A stretch of 64,000 nt of DNA from a virus. Taxonomy: Duplodnaviria; Heunggongvirae; Uroviricota; Caudoviricetes. A program made the translations under genes and the position numbers. Numbering within the stretch: position 1 is the stretch's first letter; each line of letters begins with the position of its first letter. The notes below the pieces were generated by a model that did no database searches, was not told the origin of the DNA, and saw only the letters and a list, made by a program, of their open reading frames with translations. Below, in pieces: positions 53,601 to 63,730 of this stretch. The stretch lies in the IMG/VR virus record IMGVR_UViG_3300002220_000285; one strand, 5' to 3'.

Positions 53601-56600
53601 GAGCCCGTTGCGAAGGCGATGAACCCTCCCGCACCCTCTTTGAGGTCCACCTCGTAGTAGGCAAGGTCCTCATCCGCCACCGCAGTCCACGAGACCGTAA
53701 GGGAGACGATCTGCTCTCCGTTCGTGCCAGTCGTCACCGCGCTAGTGAGGCCCACTCCGGTCACCTGAGCAGGCGGCGTCGTATCGATGCTCTCCAGCGC
53801 GACACTCGCGCCCATCACCCCACCAGTTGCGCTCAGAGGATGCCAGTCACTCTCATTTCCGGAGTAGTCGACTGCCCGACCCCAGTAGTAGCGAATCACC
53901 TCGAGACTCGATTCCAACCCACCGTGAAGGTAGTTATCACCAGAGACCGTGGCGATCTTCGTAGCAAAGTTTCGATCGTTAGAGGAGTTGGCCCAAATCT
54001 CGACATGCGAGAAGTCGGAGTCAGTCGGGTTGATCCAGTTGAGCTGGATGTAGCCGAACCCACCAAGAGCGGTGAGGCCAGAGATCGGGCCGGGAGGGGT
54101 GGTGTCCCCACCCACAAGGAAATCGGCAGACTGCGCCCAGGTGGACTTCGCACCGTAGATGTCCACCGTGCGAACGCGGACCTGAACCGTCTGACCTGAG
54201 ATGACAGGCCTGTACTCGAAACGCGGGGTGCCGCTAGTGCCCAGCGGATACCACTCTACGTCGGCGAGGTACTTACCCTCCACTTCATAGTAGAGAGCGG
54301 TCGTCCCCCCAGGGGGCGTCCAGGAGATTCTGATGCCCTGCTGCAGGGTTCCGTCGACCTGCATCCCGCCGACAAGCTCGATGCCCACGAGCGTCGGGGG
54401 AGCCACAACGGGGACCATGAAATCAGTAGTGAACTCCCACGCGGAGAACGCACCGGAAGCAGTGACGGCGCGGACCCGGAACTCATAAATCTTGCCTGCC
54501 AGCACCGTCGCGTGGTGGTACTTGGGCGTGGCTGCATCTACCGTGCCAAGGGAGACCCAGTTCAGGTCGCCGTCAAAGCGGGTGCCCAGCTCGTAGTGCG
54601 TGACGCGATCGTCGGTCGAGGGCGTCCATGCCACCTCTAGCATGGAGACCGGGGCCGTAGCCCCAGTGGGCGTGATGCCGACCAACGTGACCGTCGCGTT
54701 CTCCGGGGCGTCGATCTCCGTGATGTAAAAGTCTGTCGCCTGTGCCCACTCGGAGTAGGAGCCATTGCCCGCTACCGCTCGCACGCGAATCTGGTAGGTG
54801 ATGCCAAGCAGCGCCGGGGCAAGGATCATGTAGTCCGTGTCCGGGCCGACCGTGCCGTAGGGGTGCCAGTCAACGCTGTGCCCAACCGCGAAGGTCTGCA
54901 CCTCATACGAGGCAATCCAAGGGCTAGGGCTGAGCGTCCAGGTGAGCTTGGCGCCGTAGACGATGTCTCCGCTGGGGCCAGCGACCTTGTATTCCTCGAC
55001 GATCGGGTTCGTCGGAGGTTCAAGGGTCAGCACACCTTGGGTCACCGTCCAGACGATCTCTCCAGAGTTGCTGCCGCCATAGACACCATCGGCGCCGTAC
55101 ACCACAACCCGGATGGTGTAGATCGAGGCGACCTTCGCAATGAAGCGGCAGTTCCTGCCGGTCGTCTCAGCGATGAGGTTGAACTGGCCGTTGTCTTCCT
55201 TGATGTACACCTGGCCGAAGTTGTACTCAGGGCCGACGACGTCCCAGTCGACCTGGACGTTGACGCTCTGGACAGCGTTGAAGTCGACCGAATCAAGGAC
55301 GGTCGCACGCAGGCCAGAAACCGTAGGAATGCGGGTCGTGGGGGCGGCGACACCGGGGGCGTAGTCAACGAGGTTGAATTCGCAGGCGTAATACTCGGGG
55401 TTCTCGTCGGTCGCGGTTACCCGGACCCGGCTCTCATCGAGCGGCTCGATCGCCAGAATCTTGACCTTCTTCCCCGGCACCTCCTGCGGGCCATACATCC
55501 AGACATAGTCGGAGGCATGGTGGTCCCCGTCCCCGCCTGGGACCACAGGCAGGGGGTCAAGCAGGGTGAGCGTGTCAGATGTGCCCGAGAACCCCGCAAC
55601 TCTGTGCTGCGTCAAGGCGCTGTTGTCAGGCCTGCGGAAGACAAGCCACTGCGTAGCTCCGCTCCCCGTCACCGGCTTGTCGAGCACGATGCTGGTCGTC
55701 GAAGCCGCGGAGAACACTCGACCCGTGGCAGCCCACGAGGTCATGTCGTGCGACAGCAGGACGACGTCGCCGCGGCTGACGATCAGACCCTCGAGGTCCG
55801 TCTCCCACTGAATGCGGCGGCGCCTCCAGAGCTGGGCGGCGGCAATGAGGTTGCCCTCGCGCTTTGCCTGGTCGGTGTAGACCACACCGAAGAGGTCGAC
55901 CTCGGCGGGGTTCTGCCCAGTGGTGCTGGCCCCAGGCACCGTGATGCGGATGGTGTCGGGCTTGTAGAAGTTCTCGGAGTTGAAGAAGCGGACGATCACC
56001 TCGTCGGCAGTCTTCTCCGTCGTGTACTCGATGGAGAAGGTGCCGGGGAGCATGTTGTGCGGGCCGAAGAGCGCGACAGGCGCCAGATTCGGCGCATCCC
56101 ACACCACGCCCAGCTTCCCGCTGGAAAAAGAGAGCGAACCGCGCCCGACTCGAGCAATCTTGGAGAGCGCCTCGCCGATGGACATCCGGCTATCGAATAC
56201 GGCACTGACGTATAGACTGTTCGCGTAGCAGAAGTCTGCCCATGCGGAGATGGCAGCGATGTCGATCTGCGTGTCTGCAAGGCCTGCACCCGCAAGGAGC
56301 TTCCCCGTGGTCGGGTGGTAGAAGCCGCGGGCGATTTTCAGGAACCACCACGCCGGGTTCTCACTCACCAGCGTGAGGTCAACACTGAGGTCGTGCGCCT
56401 TGCCCTGTACAAGCGCCGAGTAGCGATCGATCGCGCCGTTGACCTGACCGGACGCCTTGACCGTCATCCCGAGCCGGGTCTGCCCGCCGACATCAAAAGG
56501 CTGCTCCTGGGTGAAGCGCATCCCCAGCAGCGCGGTCTCGGTGGTGACCTGGGAGTCCGTGGAGTCCTCAGTCAGTCGCTTAATCCGAACGTCGTAGCGA

Positions 56601-56725
56601 CCCTTAGTAACAGGGAACTTGAACGAGGAACGGACGGGCGTGCGCCCATTTCCAACCATAGAAGCTGAACCCTGAGACGCATAGATTGCGTCCCCGCCGA
56701 GCTGTCTTCTCCACTGGTATGCCAT
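50624..56725 (-). CDS. tail fibre / host-specificity protein (lambda gpJ-like central fibre), 2033 aa
   Basis: Position after I/K/L/M homologues; very large, Thr/Ser/Gly/Val-rich beta-repeat (FN3-like) segments. Confidence 0.8.
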   Translation of the reverse strand: MAYQWRRQLGGDAIYASQGSASMVGNGRTPVRSSFKFPVTKGRYDVRIKRLTEDSTDSQVTTETALLGMRFTQEQPFDVGGQTRLGMTVKASGQVNGAIDRYSALVQGKAHDLSVDLTLVSENPAWWFLKIARGFYHPTTGKLLAGAGLADTQIDIAAISAWADFCYANSLYVSAVFDSRMSIGEALSKIARVGRGSLSFSSGKLGVVWDAPNLAPVALFGPHNMLPGTFSIEYTTEKTADEVIVRFFNSENFYKPDTIRITVPGASTTGQNPAEVDLFGVVYTDQAKREGNLIAAAQLWRRRRIQWETDLEGLIVSRGDVVLLSHDMTSWAATGRVFSAASTTSIVLDKPVTGSGATQWLVFRRPDNSALTQHRVAGFSGTSDTLTLLDPLPVVPGGDGDHHASDYVWMYGPQEVPGKKVKILAIEPLDESRVRVTATDENPEYYACEFNLVDYAPGVAAPTTRIPTVSGLRATVLDSVDFNAVQSVNVQVDWDVVGPEYNFGQVYIKEDNGQFNLIAETTGRNCRFIAKVASIYTIRVVVYGADGVYGGSNSGEIVWTVTQGVLTLEPPTNPIVEEYKVAGPSGDIVYGAKLTWTLSPSPWIASYEVQTFAVGHSVDWHPYGTVGPDTDYMILAPALLGITYQIRVRAVAGNGSYSEWAQATDFYITEIDAPENATVTLVGITPTGATAPVSMLEVAWTPSTDDRVTHYELGTRFDGDLNWVSLGTVDAATPKYHHATVLAGKIYEFRVRAVTASGAFSAWEFTTDFMVPVVAPPTLVGIELVGGMQVDGTLQQGIRISWTPPGGTTALYYEVEGKYLADVEWYPLGTSGTPRFEYRPVISGQTVQVRVRTVDIYGAKSTWAQSADFLVGGDTTPPGPISGLTALGGFGYIQLNWINPTDSDFSHVEIWANSSNDRNFATKIATVSGDNYLHGGLESSLEVIRYYWGRAVDYSGNESDWHPLSATGGVMGASVALESIDTTPPAQVTGVGLTSAVTTGTNGEQIVSLTVSWTAVADEDLAYYEVDLKEGAGGFIAFATGSNTTYSWTVKPGISYTVRVRAVDFTGNLGPYSLSATHTTAVDTVAPSVPIGLAALASVRSIFLTWANGNAVADYDLAAVEVYRNSTNNSGTAVAIATVNANRGMVGGFTDAGLAASTTYYYWVKAVDSSGNKSAFSTGISKATAAITNSDIAAGTITGDRLVAGTIQGDRISTTTSLPGSITVGTTGVTIETVKTNADSGVSAFSGTAKYRTAGAPTNNPTPSGITVTANTNGTANIRLDWGTYTQGALPADFIVLFWRKDGTAPTQNDSSIVFNVNTAASYYNFEGVNPSDTYSFGIAAARKSETGLEIGTIQAPISAPDWRGVSGGGTPNYTANINGSTAATVVTNASLGAQNPATRINAGSTTIEPGKIEISGGTTLASWRNGTDATKIEGGSIAANTISANKISVGLRGLKVTDIEFAPAWAPRTASGTPTATSIAVNASVTLAAQHFYSATFFNSDGRLETVELSNSTSTTVTTSTLTVSNIKPLSFAPASGSRVLIVPTRLDPITYSGTVGASATTTSIPLGKTVTLQANIVYRINIDINGTLYTRRITTSVSTVNTYSSVSVEALPSAPSAGSTWSIEIERLSYKNVAWSSGSIDYYNDAGTLTTVNVSAGSVAWTAGTVYVYFINGSTGTVSLSTTTSAATANGANNAILALYRGETSLTTEVSRTIIDGNQISTGTIRAEQIAANSIGAELIKAGAISADQILANSVTLDRLVSGSTMTMTSLGAFRLGGSSLITQFNGVVQASAGIGVERCAITGSNYTANYPAVVGSAFGSGFGIGAYAWSESTKLSQFVAGNPTYAALADQVNSGKQVYLANASYSIYSPTGKGKHYIVDGAGPFTGFHDGLTLDTPAIGDICVDYAVLEKESISSVVVEYKTSTLPLQKGVIGVCSELYESPPVGWEEELPENMKVVHVNALGEGLINVCGEAGDIALGDLIVTSSTPGKGMKQADDIVRSYTVAKAREAVTFTTPEEVKQVACIYLCG

Positions 56726-56756
56726 TTCTTGTTCTTATTTTTGGTCTAGTGTTTCG

Positions 56757-57818
56757 TCAGAAGCCGGGGCTGTCGTACTCAGGTGCGTCGTACAACTCCC
56801 AGCCCTCGCCAGCGGGCTTCGTGGCATTTGGATTTTCCGGATCAGCGATCGGGCCGTACTCCCAAGTGATCGGGGTGTAGCCGGTGATTACGTCAGGCAG
56901 GCTGGCAACAGGCGTCCAGCTTCCGGAGCCGTGGACGGAATACTCAATACTGAAAGAAGCTGTGAGGTTGGTCTCCTCACCCTTGTTGTTGTAGGAGACG
57001 AGAATTCCTGAAACGTCGATCGCAATTTCTGTCGTGTCGACAGGGCTGGTTCGCGTCACCCAACCCGTGCTGAACTTCAGCTCGTTGCCAGGCTCGGAAT
57101 CGACGTTCGTGACATAGGCCTTGTCGTACTCGAGAGCAGAGATGCCGAGGTCTTCAAGGGCCGACTCCCCGATCCTGTGGTCCGTCAGGACAAGGTCGCC
57201 CAGACCGAAGTTGAAGGTCTGGGTCAGGATTTGGTCGTTGTTCTCGAAGTACGTGAACGGCTTCTCGTCGAGGTCCGCGAACACCCGATGCTTGCCAACC
57301 ACAATGGGCAGCGGCTCATACGGACGCAGGCTGTTGGACCCACCAGACAAGCTGTAAGTGGGGTCCTGCGCAGCACCCGAGATCGGCTCCCGAGTGCTCA
57401 TCGGGAAGATGCTGTTGACTAGAAGCTGCCCGCCAACCATGACCGCCGCGGAACTAGCTACTGCCGCAAAACTGCCAGGGGCTAAATTCAGCAGGTACGG
57501 GGCGTAGAACGCCGCGATGACGACCAAAATCGTTGCAAGGATTCGACCGAAATCAGAGTCGCCGCCCCCGGCGTGCGCAGCATGTACGGAGAGGCGTTGA
57601 GCCGGTTGGAACACCGTATCGAGCCACTGCTCTTTGGGAACAAAGCGCCCATCGAGGTAAGCAACAGCGTAGGTGTCGATTGGTGCATCCCAACCTACAC
57701 GATCAAGGTACTCCGCAATCGACTCTTCTTCCTGCGGGGGGGTGAGTGAAAGCTCCCGCCCAGCCGAGGCGTCGTAGGGGTTGGGGTGCCAGCTCGCAAA
57801 AGGCAGCATCAGTTCCAT
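56757..57818 (-). CDS. tail assembly protein I-like (353 aa, with hydrophobic segment)
   Basis: Position between K-like and J-like genes. Confidence 0.5.
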   Translation of the reverse strand: MELMLPFASWHPNPYDASAGRELSLTPPQEEESIAEYLDRVGWDAPIDTYAVAYLDGRFVPKEQWLDTVFQPAQRLSVHAAHAGGGDSDFGRILATILVVIAAFYAPYLLNLAPGSFAAVASSAAVMVGGQLLVNSIFPMSTREPISGAAQDPTYSLSGGSNSLRPYEPLPIVVGKHRVFADLDEKPFTYFENNDQILTQTFNFGLGDLVLTDHRIGESALEDLGISALEYDKAYVTNVDSEPGNELKFSTGWVTRTSPVDTTEIAIDVSGILVSYNNKGEETNLTASFSIEYSVHGSGSWTPVASLPDVITGYTPITWEYGPIADPENPNATKPAGEGWELYDAPEYDSPGF

Positions 57819-58246
57819 GTGTAGAACCCCTCAGCAACCCAACCGAATTTCCACAGGTCCTTCAGCTTGGTGGCGATCACCCCATGCTTCTTGATGTTGT
57901 GGAGGACGTATCCTTCACCGCCCTGCTCGTAGTAGACGCCAACGTGAACAAGGTCCATCGAGACCTTGATCTGCACCGCACACCCTTCAACCGGGTTCTC
58001 GACTCGCTCGACAAGTCGCTCGAGGGTGTCAAGTGCCTCCGCCAGCTTCTGCATCTCGGCGCTGCGATAGGACGGACGCTCGCCGGTATCCGGGACGTCT
58101 CGATTGAAGACCTCGCGTTGAACGTCGACCACGAGAGAGGCGCAGTCGTACTTGCCGCGGATGTACTCCCGCCCGATGAACTGTTCGCTCCAGTGCTGCA
58201 TCAGAACATCCCCGGATGAGTGTCCGGGCGGTATTGCGCACGGCAC
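57809..58246 (-). CDS. NlpC/P60-family tail protein (lambda gpK C-terminal-domain-like)
   Basis: Catalytic Cys in YDCASLV, His in HVGVYY; position in tail tip module. Confidence 0.65.
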   Translation of the reverse strand: MPCAIPPGHSSGDVLMQHWSEQFIGREYIRGKYDCASLVVDVQREVFNRDVPDTGERPSYRSAEMQKLAEALDTLERLVERVENPVEGCAVQIKVSMDLVHVGVYYEQGGEGYVLHNIKKHGVIATKLKDLWKFGWVAEGFYTWN

Positions 58247-58689
58247 AAGGGCTTGAAGAAGATGTTGTCGAAGCCGAGTTCAGCCTTGACTTCAGTTGGG
58301 GTGGCCGTCACGGAGATGATGTCCATCTCGACGGACAGCTCGACGTTGTTGGGCGCGGAGCGGAGAACCTGCATGATCTTGACCCGCGCACCTTGCCCCC
58401 CAGCGCTCAGCTCGAGCCACTGCATCAGCTCGCGGCCGATGTTGTCGATGGAGATGCTGGCACGTGGCGCCTGGTCTTCCTGGTCGTCAGGAAAGACGAA
58501 CCTGAACGGCACCGCGAGGTAGACGTTGCCGTTGCTCGTGATGTCAAGCGTGTCTCGCACCACCCGAATAGGCTGGGGCAGGGAGGCTTGATTGATCTCG
58601 AGCAAGGTGAGCGGATACTCGGGCGCGGCGGTACGCATGATGCGATCGCGCAGGGCAGAGCTGACGACTTTAGGCATCCCAGGCCTCAA
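58201..58689 (-). CDS. minor tail protein L-like
   Basis: Position and size between M-like and K-like genes. Confidence 0.55.
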   Translation of the reverse strand: MRPGMPKVVSSALRDRIMRTAAPEYPLTLLEINQASLPQPIRVVRDTLDITSNGNVYLAVPFRFVFPDDQEDQAPRASISIDNIGRELMQWLELSAGGQGARVKIMQVLRSAPNNVELSVEMDIISVTATPTEVKAELGFDNIFFKPLCRAQYRPDTHPGMF

Positions 58690-59032
58690 TCACGAATTTG
58701 ATACTCCACTTTTCCAACGTCGGCTCGAACGGCACCTCTTCTTCAAGAGCGCCCGAAGCGATCCGAGCCTGGATGACGATTCCGGTAGTTGGGTCGGGCC
58801 AGTCAAACCAACTAGCACCGCGGTTGATGTCCACGTTGAACCAAGTCAGGAAGGCGAGGTAGTTGGCCTTCGTGCTGAAGCCGTAGACGACGTCACGCGA
58901 GACAAGCACCCGGCTCCAGCGCTTCTGCTGCTTCGTGAAGCCGTCTTCAAACTCAGTCCGCGTGACCGCGCTGTTCCTGCGGACTTTGAACCCATCGCGC
59001 AGGAGTACTGCATAGGTTGGGAAGGTCGCCAT
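58670..59032 (-). CDS. minor tail protein M-like
   Basis: 120 aa, immediately downstream of tape measure gene. Confidence 0.55.
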   Translation of the reverse strand: MATFPTYAVLLRDGFKVRRNSAVTRTEFEDGFTKQQKRWSRVLVSRDVVYGFSTKANYLAFLTWFNVDINRGASWFDWPDPTTGIVIQARIASGALEEEVPFEPTLEKWSIKFVIEAWDA

Positions 59033-59034
59033 GC

Positions 59035-62000
59035 TTACCTCTTGCTCAGCCCGGTGATGCCCTTGCTGATCGGGCCGTTGCGGCTCAGGTCGTCCATGAT
59101 CACGTTCACGATCATGCGTTTCCCGTCGAACTCAGTCGTCACGTTGGACGCTTCCTGAGCCGTGCCGTTGTTGATGATGTTGACCTCGACCTGCGGAGCA
59201 GACGGGGCAGCAAGTGCTCCGCCCAGGGCCTGCTGTTGGCCTTTCGTGAGCACCATCTCGCCTTTCTCGGCGATGATCGGCACCTCGTTGCGGCCAATCG
59301 TGCCTCCGGAATGGAAGCGCGGGGCGCCAGAGAACACAGAGGGGTGGACAGACCGCATCGACTTAGCTGAGTCTTTTCCGAGCACCCCGCCCGAGTGCCA
59401 CAGACCAGCCATCGTTGCCGGGTTCGCAAGTCCAGGAACAGGGAGGCCAGCACTAAACGCGAAGCCGGGGAACATGGCTCCAATTCCCCCGGACATCAGG
59501 GAACCAATCAGCCCGCCGCCGCCCCCGACGCCGAACAGGTTCTCAAACAGCGGCTTCGTGATCATCGCCTGAGTCGCCATGCGAATCAGGTCAGAGACGA
59601 CAGAGTTGGCGAGGTCGGAGAAGGACATCTTCCCGGTCATGGCAAGGTTCACGAAGAAGTCCTCGATTCCCTTGCCAAGCTGCTTCACCATCTGCTCGCC
59701 AGTGCTGGCTTGATTGGTGACCTCGTCGATGTAGGACCGCGCCCCGCGCTTCGCCCCGGCGTAGAACGACTGCTCGTACTCAGCCCTGCGCTTGGCAGAC
59801 TCTAGCGCGTAGCCCTCCAGCTCTTCGTAGAGGGCAAGCGTCTCTTTCTTGCGCTGCTCGTTGAAGGTGGGGTCTCGCTCAACCTTCTTCCGCAGCTCCG
59901 CGAATTGCTGAACGATCTGGAGGCGGCGCTCCTCGACCTGGCGCTGCACGTAGGGCAGGTCGTCAAGGTTCTTTTTAAGGTCGCTGATCGCCTCTTCATT
60001 GGCGATACGCTCGCGCATGGACTGCAAGTCCGCATCGAGGCGGGTGCGGAAGTCTTTCCCTTTTCCAAGAGCGTCAATGTTCTTGTTTACGCTGGCGGTT
60101 GTAGCTTTGCTTATAGCCTCTGCCACCTTAGCTTCAGCCCCTTCTGCGTACTGCTCGAGGGTTTTCTTGAGAGCCTCTACCTGAGACTTGCCCTCACCTT
60201 TCGGGTCCTTGATCTGCGCAAGAGCCGTTCTGTACATCCGCGGCAGGTCCTGCTCGAGGTACTGACGAGCAGTGGCTGCTTCCTCCGCGAAGCGCTGATC
60301 ATTCAGCTTGTACAGCTCAGTGTTCAGCGTCTCCTGATCGATGAGGTGATTGCGCCCCATCGCCTGAAGAATCTGGGAAGCGCGATCGTACTGAGACTCG
60401 AGCTGCCTGAAGTCGAGCGAGAACATGGCGTTCTCCGCGCTGTTTGCGCGACCCGCGGCAGCACCTCCTGCACCCCCTCCTTTATCATCAGGGGTCCAGT
60501 GATTCTTACCTACTTTGAGAGCCTCCATCGACTGAGCGTAGACAGCCTCACTGGCGTTCTTAGTCGCCAGCGATAGAGAAGCATTTTTGTCCTTCGCGGC
60601 AGCAATACGTTCCAGAATCTTGCGGTTATCCGCGATCTCCGCGTCGATTTTTTCAATCTCTGCGTTTACCCCGCTATTGCGAAGAGCAGCAACAGCCCGA
60701 CTGGTTGCCGAGTTCTCGTCAGGCTTCCACAGCCACCCCTGCAGCCTCTCTTTACGCCCGAGAAGGTTTGCTTGTTTCGTAGCCGTCTGGTCAAAGAGCG
60801 AGTCAAGAGCTTTACTCTCTTTAGCCGCCTCTGGGTCTTTACCTGCAAGCCGGTCAAGCAGTGTGGTGAGCTGGTCGCCGCGCTGCTTCAGGCGATCCTC
60901 GGCGCCCTTAAGAAGGTCCTTTCCTGCCTGGTCATTGGCCTTAGAGGCATCCCCCATGACGGCCTTGTAGGTCTGCCATGCAGCAGTGGCTAGGCCTACC
61001 GCCGTAAGGATGGTTCCGATGACCGGCAGCATCCGGCCGAAGGAAGCAGCAAGGCCTCCAGCCGCAGTAATAGTGTTCCCCATCGACCCGGTAAGGGTTC
61101 CAGCGGCGCCTGCCGCTCCAAGGCTCGTCGCGGCCTTCTGAGCAGCACCGGCGAGGCCTTCAAGGGACAGCTTCTGCCCATTGACCACGAGCGTAAACGC
61201 ACCGGCTGTCAGTGCCGAGGCTCCAAACTGGGTAGCAAGGGCGCGTAGTGTCCCCACCACAGCAACCACAGCAGAGACCGCCCTGACACCGAGATATGTG
61301 CCGAACACAAGAAGGATCGTATCGGCGTTCTCTACGAGAACCTGAACGAACGCAGCCATCGTCTTAGCGATGCCGCCCAAGGCCTCCTGGAAACCTTGGG
61401 AGCTAGCGAGATCGTTGAACGCCTTAGCAATAAGGCGCAGCGGACCTTCCGCCGCTGCACCCGCCTCGATAAACGTGGCTTTCAGGTTGTTGAGGGAAAT
61501 GATCATCCGATTTTTCACGGACGATTCGATAGTCAGTGAGGCATCGTCAAGGAAGCCTGCAGCCTGCCCCATCTGGTCTATAGCTTTCTTGATCCCCTCA
61601 AGGTCGTTGAGCATGGCGGAACCGACCTTACCGCCACGCTCTCCGAAGATCACCTGGAAGAACCTATCCTGGGACTCCTTGTCGAAATTCTGTACAGCAC
61701 CAGCCATTTCCTCCATGACCTGAAGGAAGGGCTTCATCTGCTTGGTCGCCGCGTCGTAAGCCGTGATGCCGAGGGCTTGAAGCGCAGACCGGGCCTTGTC
61801 AGTCGGGGTGTAGATTTCCTTGTAGGCATTGCGCATCGCAGTACCGGCAGCAGTACCGTCGATGTTCCGTTTCGCCAGCACGGCAAGGATCGCGGAGACG
61901 TCCTCGATCTTCGCGCCGAACTGCTCAGCAACCACTGAGGAGACCCTGATCGATTGGGTCATCCTTTCGATCGAGGTCTGCGAGATCGCAGCAGCCTTTG

Positions 62001-63690
62001 CGACTACGTCACCGACGTAGCCCATCATCTCGACAGGTTTGCCGAACGCAGTTGAAATACCAACAAGCGACTGAGCCGCGCTGTCGAGATTCATCTCGCC
62101 TACAGTGGCGAACTTGAGAACCTCAGGGACGACCTTAAGGGACTCCGCAGTCGTAAGACCAGCCTGCGTCAGAACCCTGAGACTCTCTACGACCTGTTGC
62201 GGCCCGAAAATGCTGTCACGGCCCAGAGCAAGAGCTGCCTCTCCGAGCTTGGCGACCGACGCCTCGCTCTCACCTGCAACACCCTGAATCAGCTTGAGCT
62301 GATTCTGGAAATCCATGAACCCGCGGATGGACTCCCGGATTCCTGCAGACACTGCGAAGCCAGCCCAGAGGGCCGTCATCGGCTTGCCCCAGGTCAGCCA
62401 GATTTGGCCCATGCCGCCCGCCACACCGCGCATGGAGGTGTGGAGGTACTGGTAGGCCTCCCCGGCTTTCAGGACCTGTAGCGTGTGCTCGTTCGCGGAC
62501 TGCTTCGTACCCTTCTGGGCGCGCTCCAGTTCCCGATACTCCCGCGCCATGCGCGAAAGCTCGCCCTCATCCTTAGATGTCTTACCGTACAGGGTCGCCT
62601 GAATCTGACCAGCACCCTGCAGGGAGGCGCCAAACGCACGCTGCTTAGCAAGGGCGAGACGGGTCTCCCCTGCCGCCGCCTCTTTCTCAAGCATCAGGTA
62701 GTGACGGCGGAGCGCCCCAAGCGCCTCCTCGTCCTCCTTGCTTCGACGAGCAATGACGGTTTGGAGAGACGCGCCCCAGGCCTTTGCTTTAGCAGCCTGA
62801 ACCTTAGCCTCACCTGCCGTGGTTGCCCGCTCTAGGCCGAGGTAGTGAGCCTTCAGACCGTCCAGTTCTTTCGCGCTCTGCTCTGACTTCCCATACAGAG
62901 TGCTCTGAATGTTGGCTTCCCCGCGCAGGGAAGAACCCCACTGGCGGGACCTGGCAACATTCAGCTTCTGGGTACGGGCTTCAGCCTCTTTAGCAAGGGT
63001 GTCGGCTTCTCGAGCGAGGGCTTGGTAATCCGCCCGAAGGTCAGCAAGAGCCTTAGCGCTTTGCGCAGACTGACCGTACAGGGTGCTACGAAGTGCAGCC
63101 TCTCCCTGGAGTGCTGCCCCAAATACGCGCTGCTTAGAGGCCTCGAGCTGAGCAAGCAGGGTCTCCTGTTCCTTGACCAGAACTTTAAGCTCTGCGTTCT
63201 GCCTCTTTTGAGACTCGAGCAGGGACCTGTCCAGCGGGCTAAGGCTAACGCCTTGAGTGCGAAGCGCCCCCATGACCTGAGGAGGAAGGCCAGTACCTCC
63301 CCCAGCACTCAGGTTCTTTTCGTAGGTCTTCTGCAGTTCGTCGCGGAGCTTACGAACAGTGAGGGCCTCATCGTCTAGCGCTTTCTTGCGCTTTCGTGAA
63401 GCTGTCCCGTCATCAGCCTGCGTGCTCGTCTTGAGCGCCTGCTCGAGCTGCTTCAGCCCGGAGTTCAGCTTGACGATCTCAGTCTGAACAGTAGCAAAGC
63501 CAGCCTTCGCCGCGGTGGCAAGCTCTGTGAATCCGGTGGTGGTCTTGGCTACTTCAGAGTTGGCGCCGCTGAGCGAAGATTTGAGATTGGGCGCGAGCGC
63601 GCGCATCTCGTTTGCGAACGACTTGAGCTTCTGGAGATCGTCAAGATTCGTAACCCTGATGTTCAGGGTTAGTTCGCGGGAGGCGCTCAC
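59035..63690 (-). CDS. tail tape measure protein (1551 aa)
   Basis: Very long, Ala/Leu/Gln/Lys-rich predicted coiled-coil, Gly-rich hydrophobic segments; followed by M/L/K/I/J-like genes. Confidence 0.85.
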   Translation of the reverse strand: MSASRELTLNIRVTNLDDLQKLKSFANEMRALAPNLKSSLSGANSEVAKTTTGFTELATAAKAGFATVQTEIVKLNSGLKQLEQALKTSTQADDGTASRKRKKALDDEALTVRKLRDELQKTYEKNLSAGGGTGLPPQVMGALRTQGVSLSPLDRSLLESQKRQNAELKVLVKEQETLLAQLEASKQRVFGAALQGEAALRSTLYGQSAQSAKALADLRADYQALAREADTLAKEAEARTQKLNVARSRQWGSSLRGEANIQSTLYGKSEQSAKELDGLKAHYLGLERATTAGEAKVQAAKAKAWGASLQTVIARRSKEDEEALGALRRHYLMLEKEAAAGETRLALAKQRAFGASLQGAGQIQATLYGKTSKDEGELSRMAREYRELERAQKGTKQSANEHTLQVLKAGEAYQYLHTSMRGVAGGMGQIWLTWGKPMTALWAGFAVSAGIRESIRGFMDFQNQLKLIQGVAGESEASVAKLGEAALALGRDSIFGPQQVVESLRVLTQAGLTTAESLKVVPEVLKFATVGEMNLDSAAQSLVGISTAFGKPVEMMGYVGDVVAKAAAISQTSIERMTQSIRVSSVVAEQFGAKIEDVSAILAVLAKRNIDGTAAGTAMRNAYKEIYTPTDKARSALQALGITAYDAATKQMKPFLQVMEEMAGAVQNFDKESQDRFFQVIFGERGGKVGSAMLNDLEGIKKAIDQMGQAAGFLDDASLTIESSVKNRMIISLNNLKATFIEAGAAAEGPLRLIAKAFNDLASSQGFQEALGGIAKTMAAFVQVLVENADTILLVFGTYLGVRAVSAVVAVVGTLRALATQFGASALTAGAFTLVVNGQKLSLEGLAGAAQKAATSLGAAGAAGTLTGSMGNTITAAGGLAASFGRMLPVIGTILTAVGLATAAWQTYKAVMGDASKANDQAGKDLLKGAEDRLKQRGDQLTTLLDRLAGKDPEAAKESKALDSLFDQTATKQANLLGRKERLQGWLWKPDENSATSRAVAALRNSGVNAEIEKIDAEIADNRKILERIAAAKDKNASLSLATKNASEAVYAQSMEALKVGKNHWTPDDKGGGAGGAAAGRANSAENAMFSLDFRQLESQYDRASQILQAMGRNHLIDQETLNTELYKLNDQRFAEEAATARQYLEQDLPRMYRTALAQIKDPKGEGKSQVEALKKTLEQYAEGAEAKVAEAISKATTASVNKNIDALGKGKDFRTRLDADLQSMRERIANEEAISDLKKNLDDLPYVQRQVEERRLQIVQQFAELRKKVERDPTFNEQRKKETLALYEELEGYALESAKRRAEYEQSFYAGAKRGARSYIDEVTNQASTGEQMVKQLGKGIEDFFVNLAMTGKMSFSDLANSVVSDLIRMATQAMITKPLFENLFGVGGGGGLIGSLMSGGIGAMFPGFAFSAGLPVPGLANPATMAGLWHSGGVLGKDSAKSMRSVHPSVFSGAPRFHSGGTIGRNEVPIIAEKGEMVLTKGQQQALGGALAAPSAPQVEVNIINNGTAQEASNVTTEFDGKRMIVNVIMDDLSRNGPISKGITGLSKR

Positions 63691-63730
63691 GGCATCTTCT
63701 TATTCTTGTGGCCGACAACGCAGTGTAGAC

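Noticed and set aside
52250-56215. Plus-strand ORFs 52250..54199 (649 aa) and 54863..56215 opposite the tail-fibre gene
   Set aside because: Arg/Gly/Asp/Val-rich low-complexity translations antisense to the J-like gene. The tail module is uniformly minus-strand.
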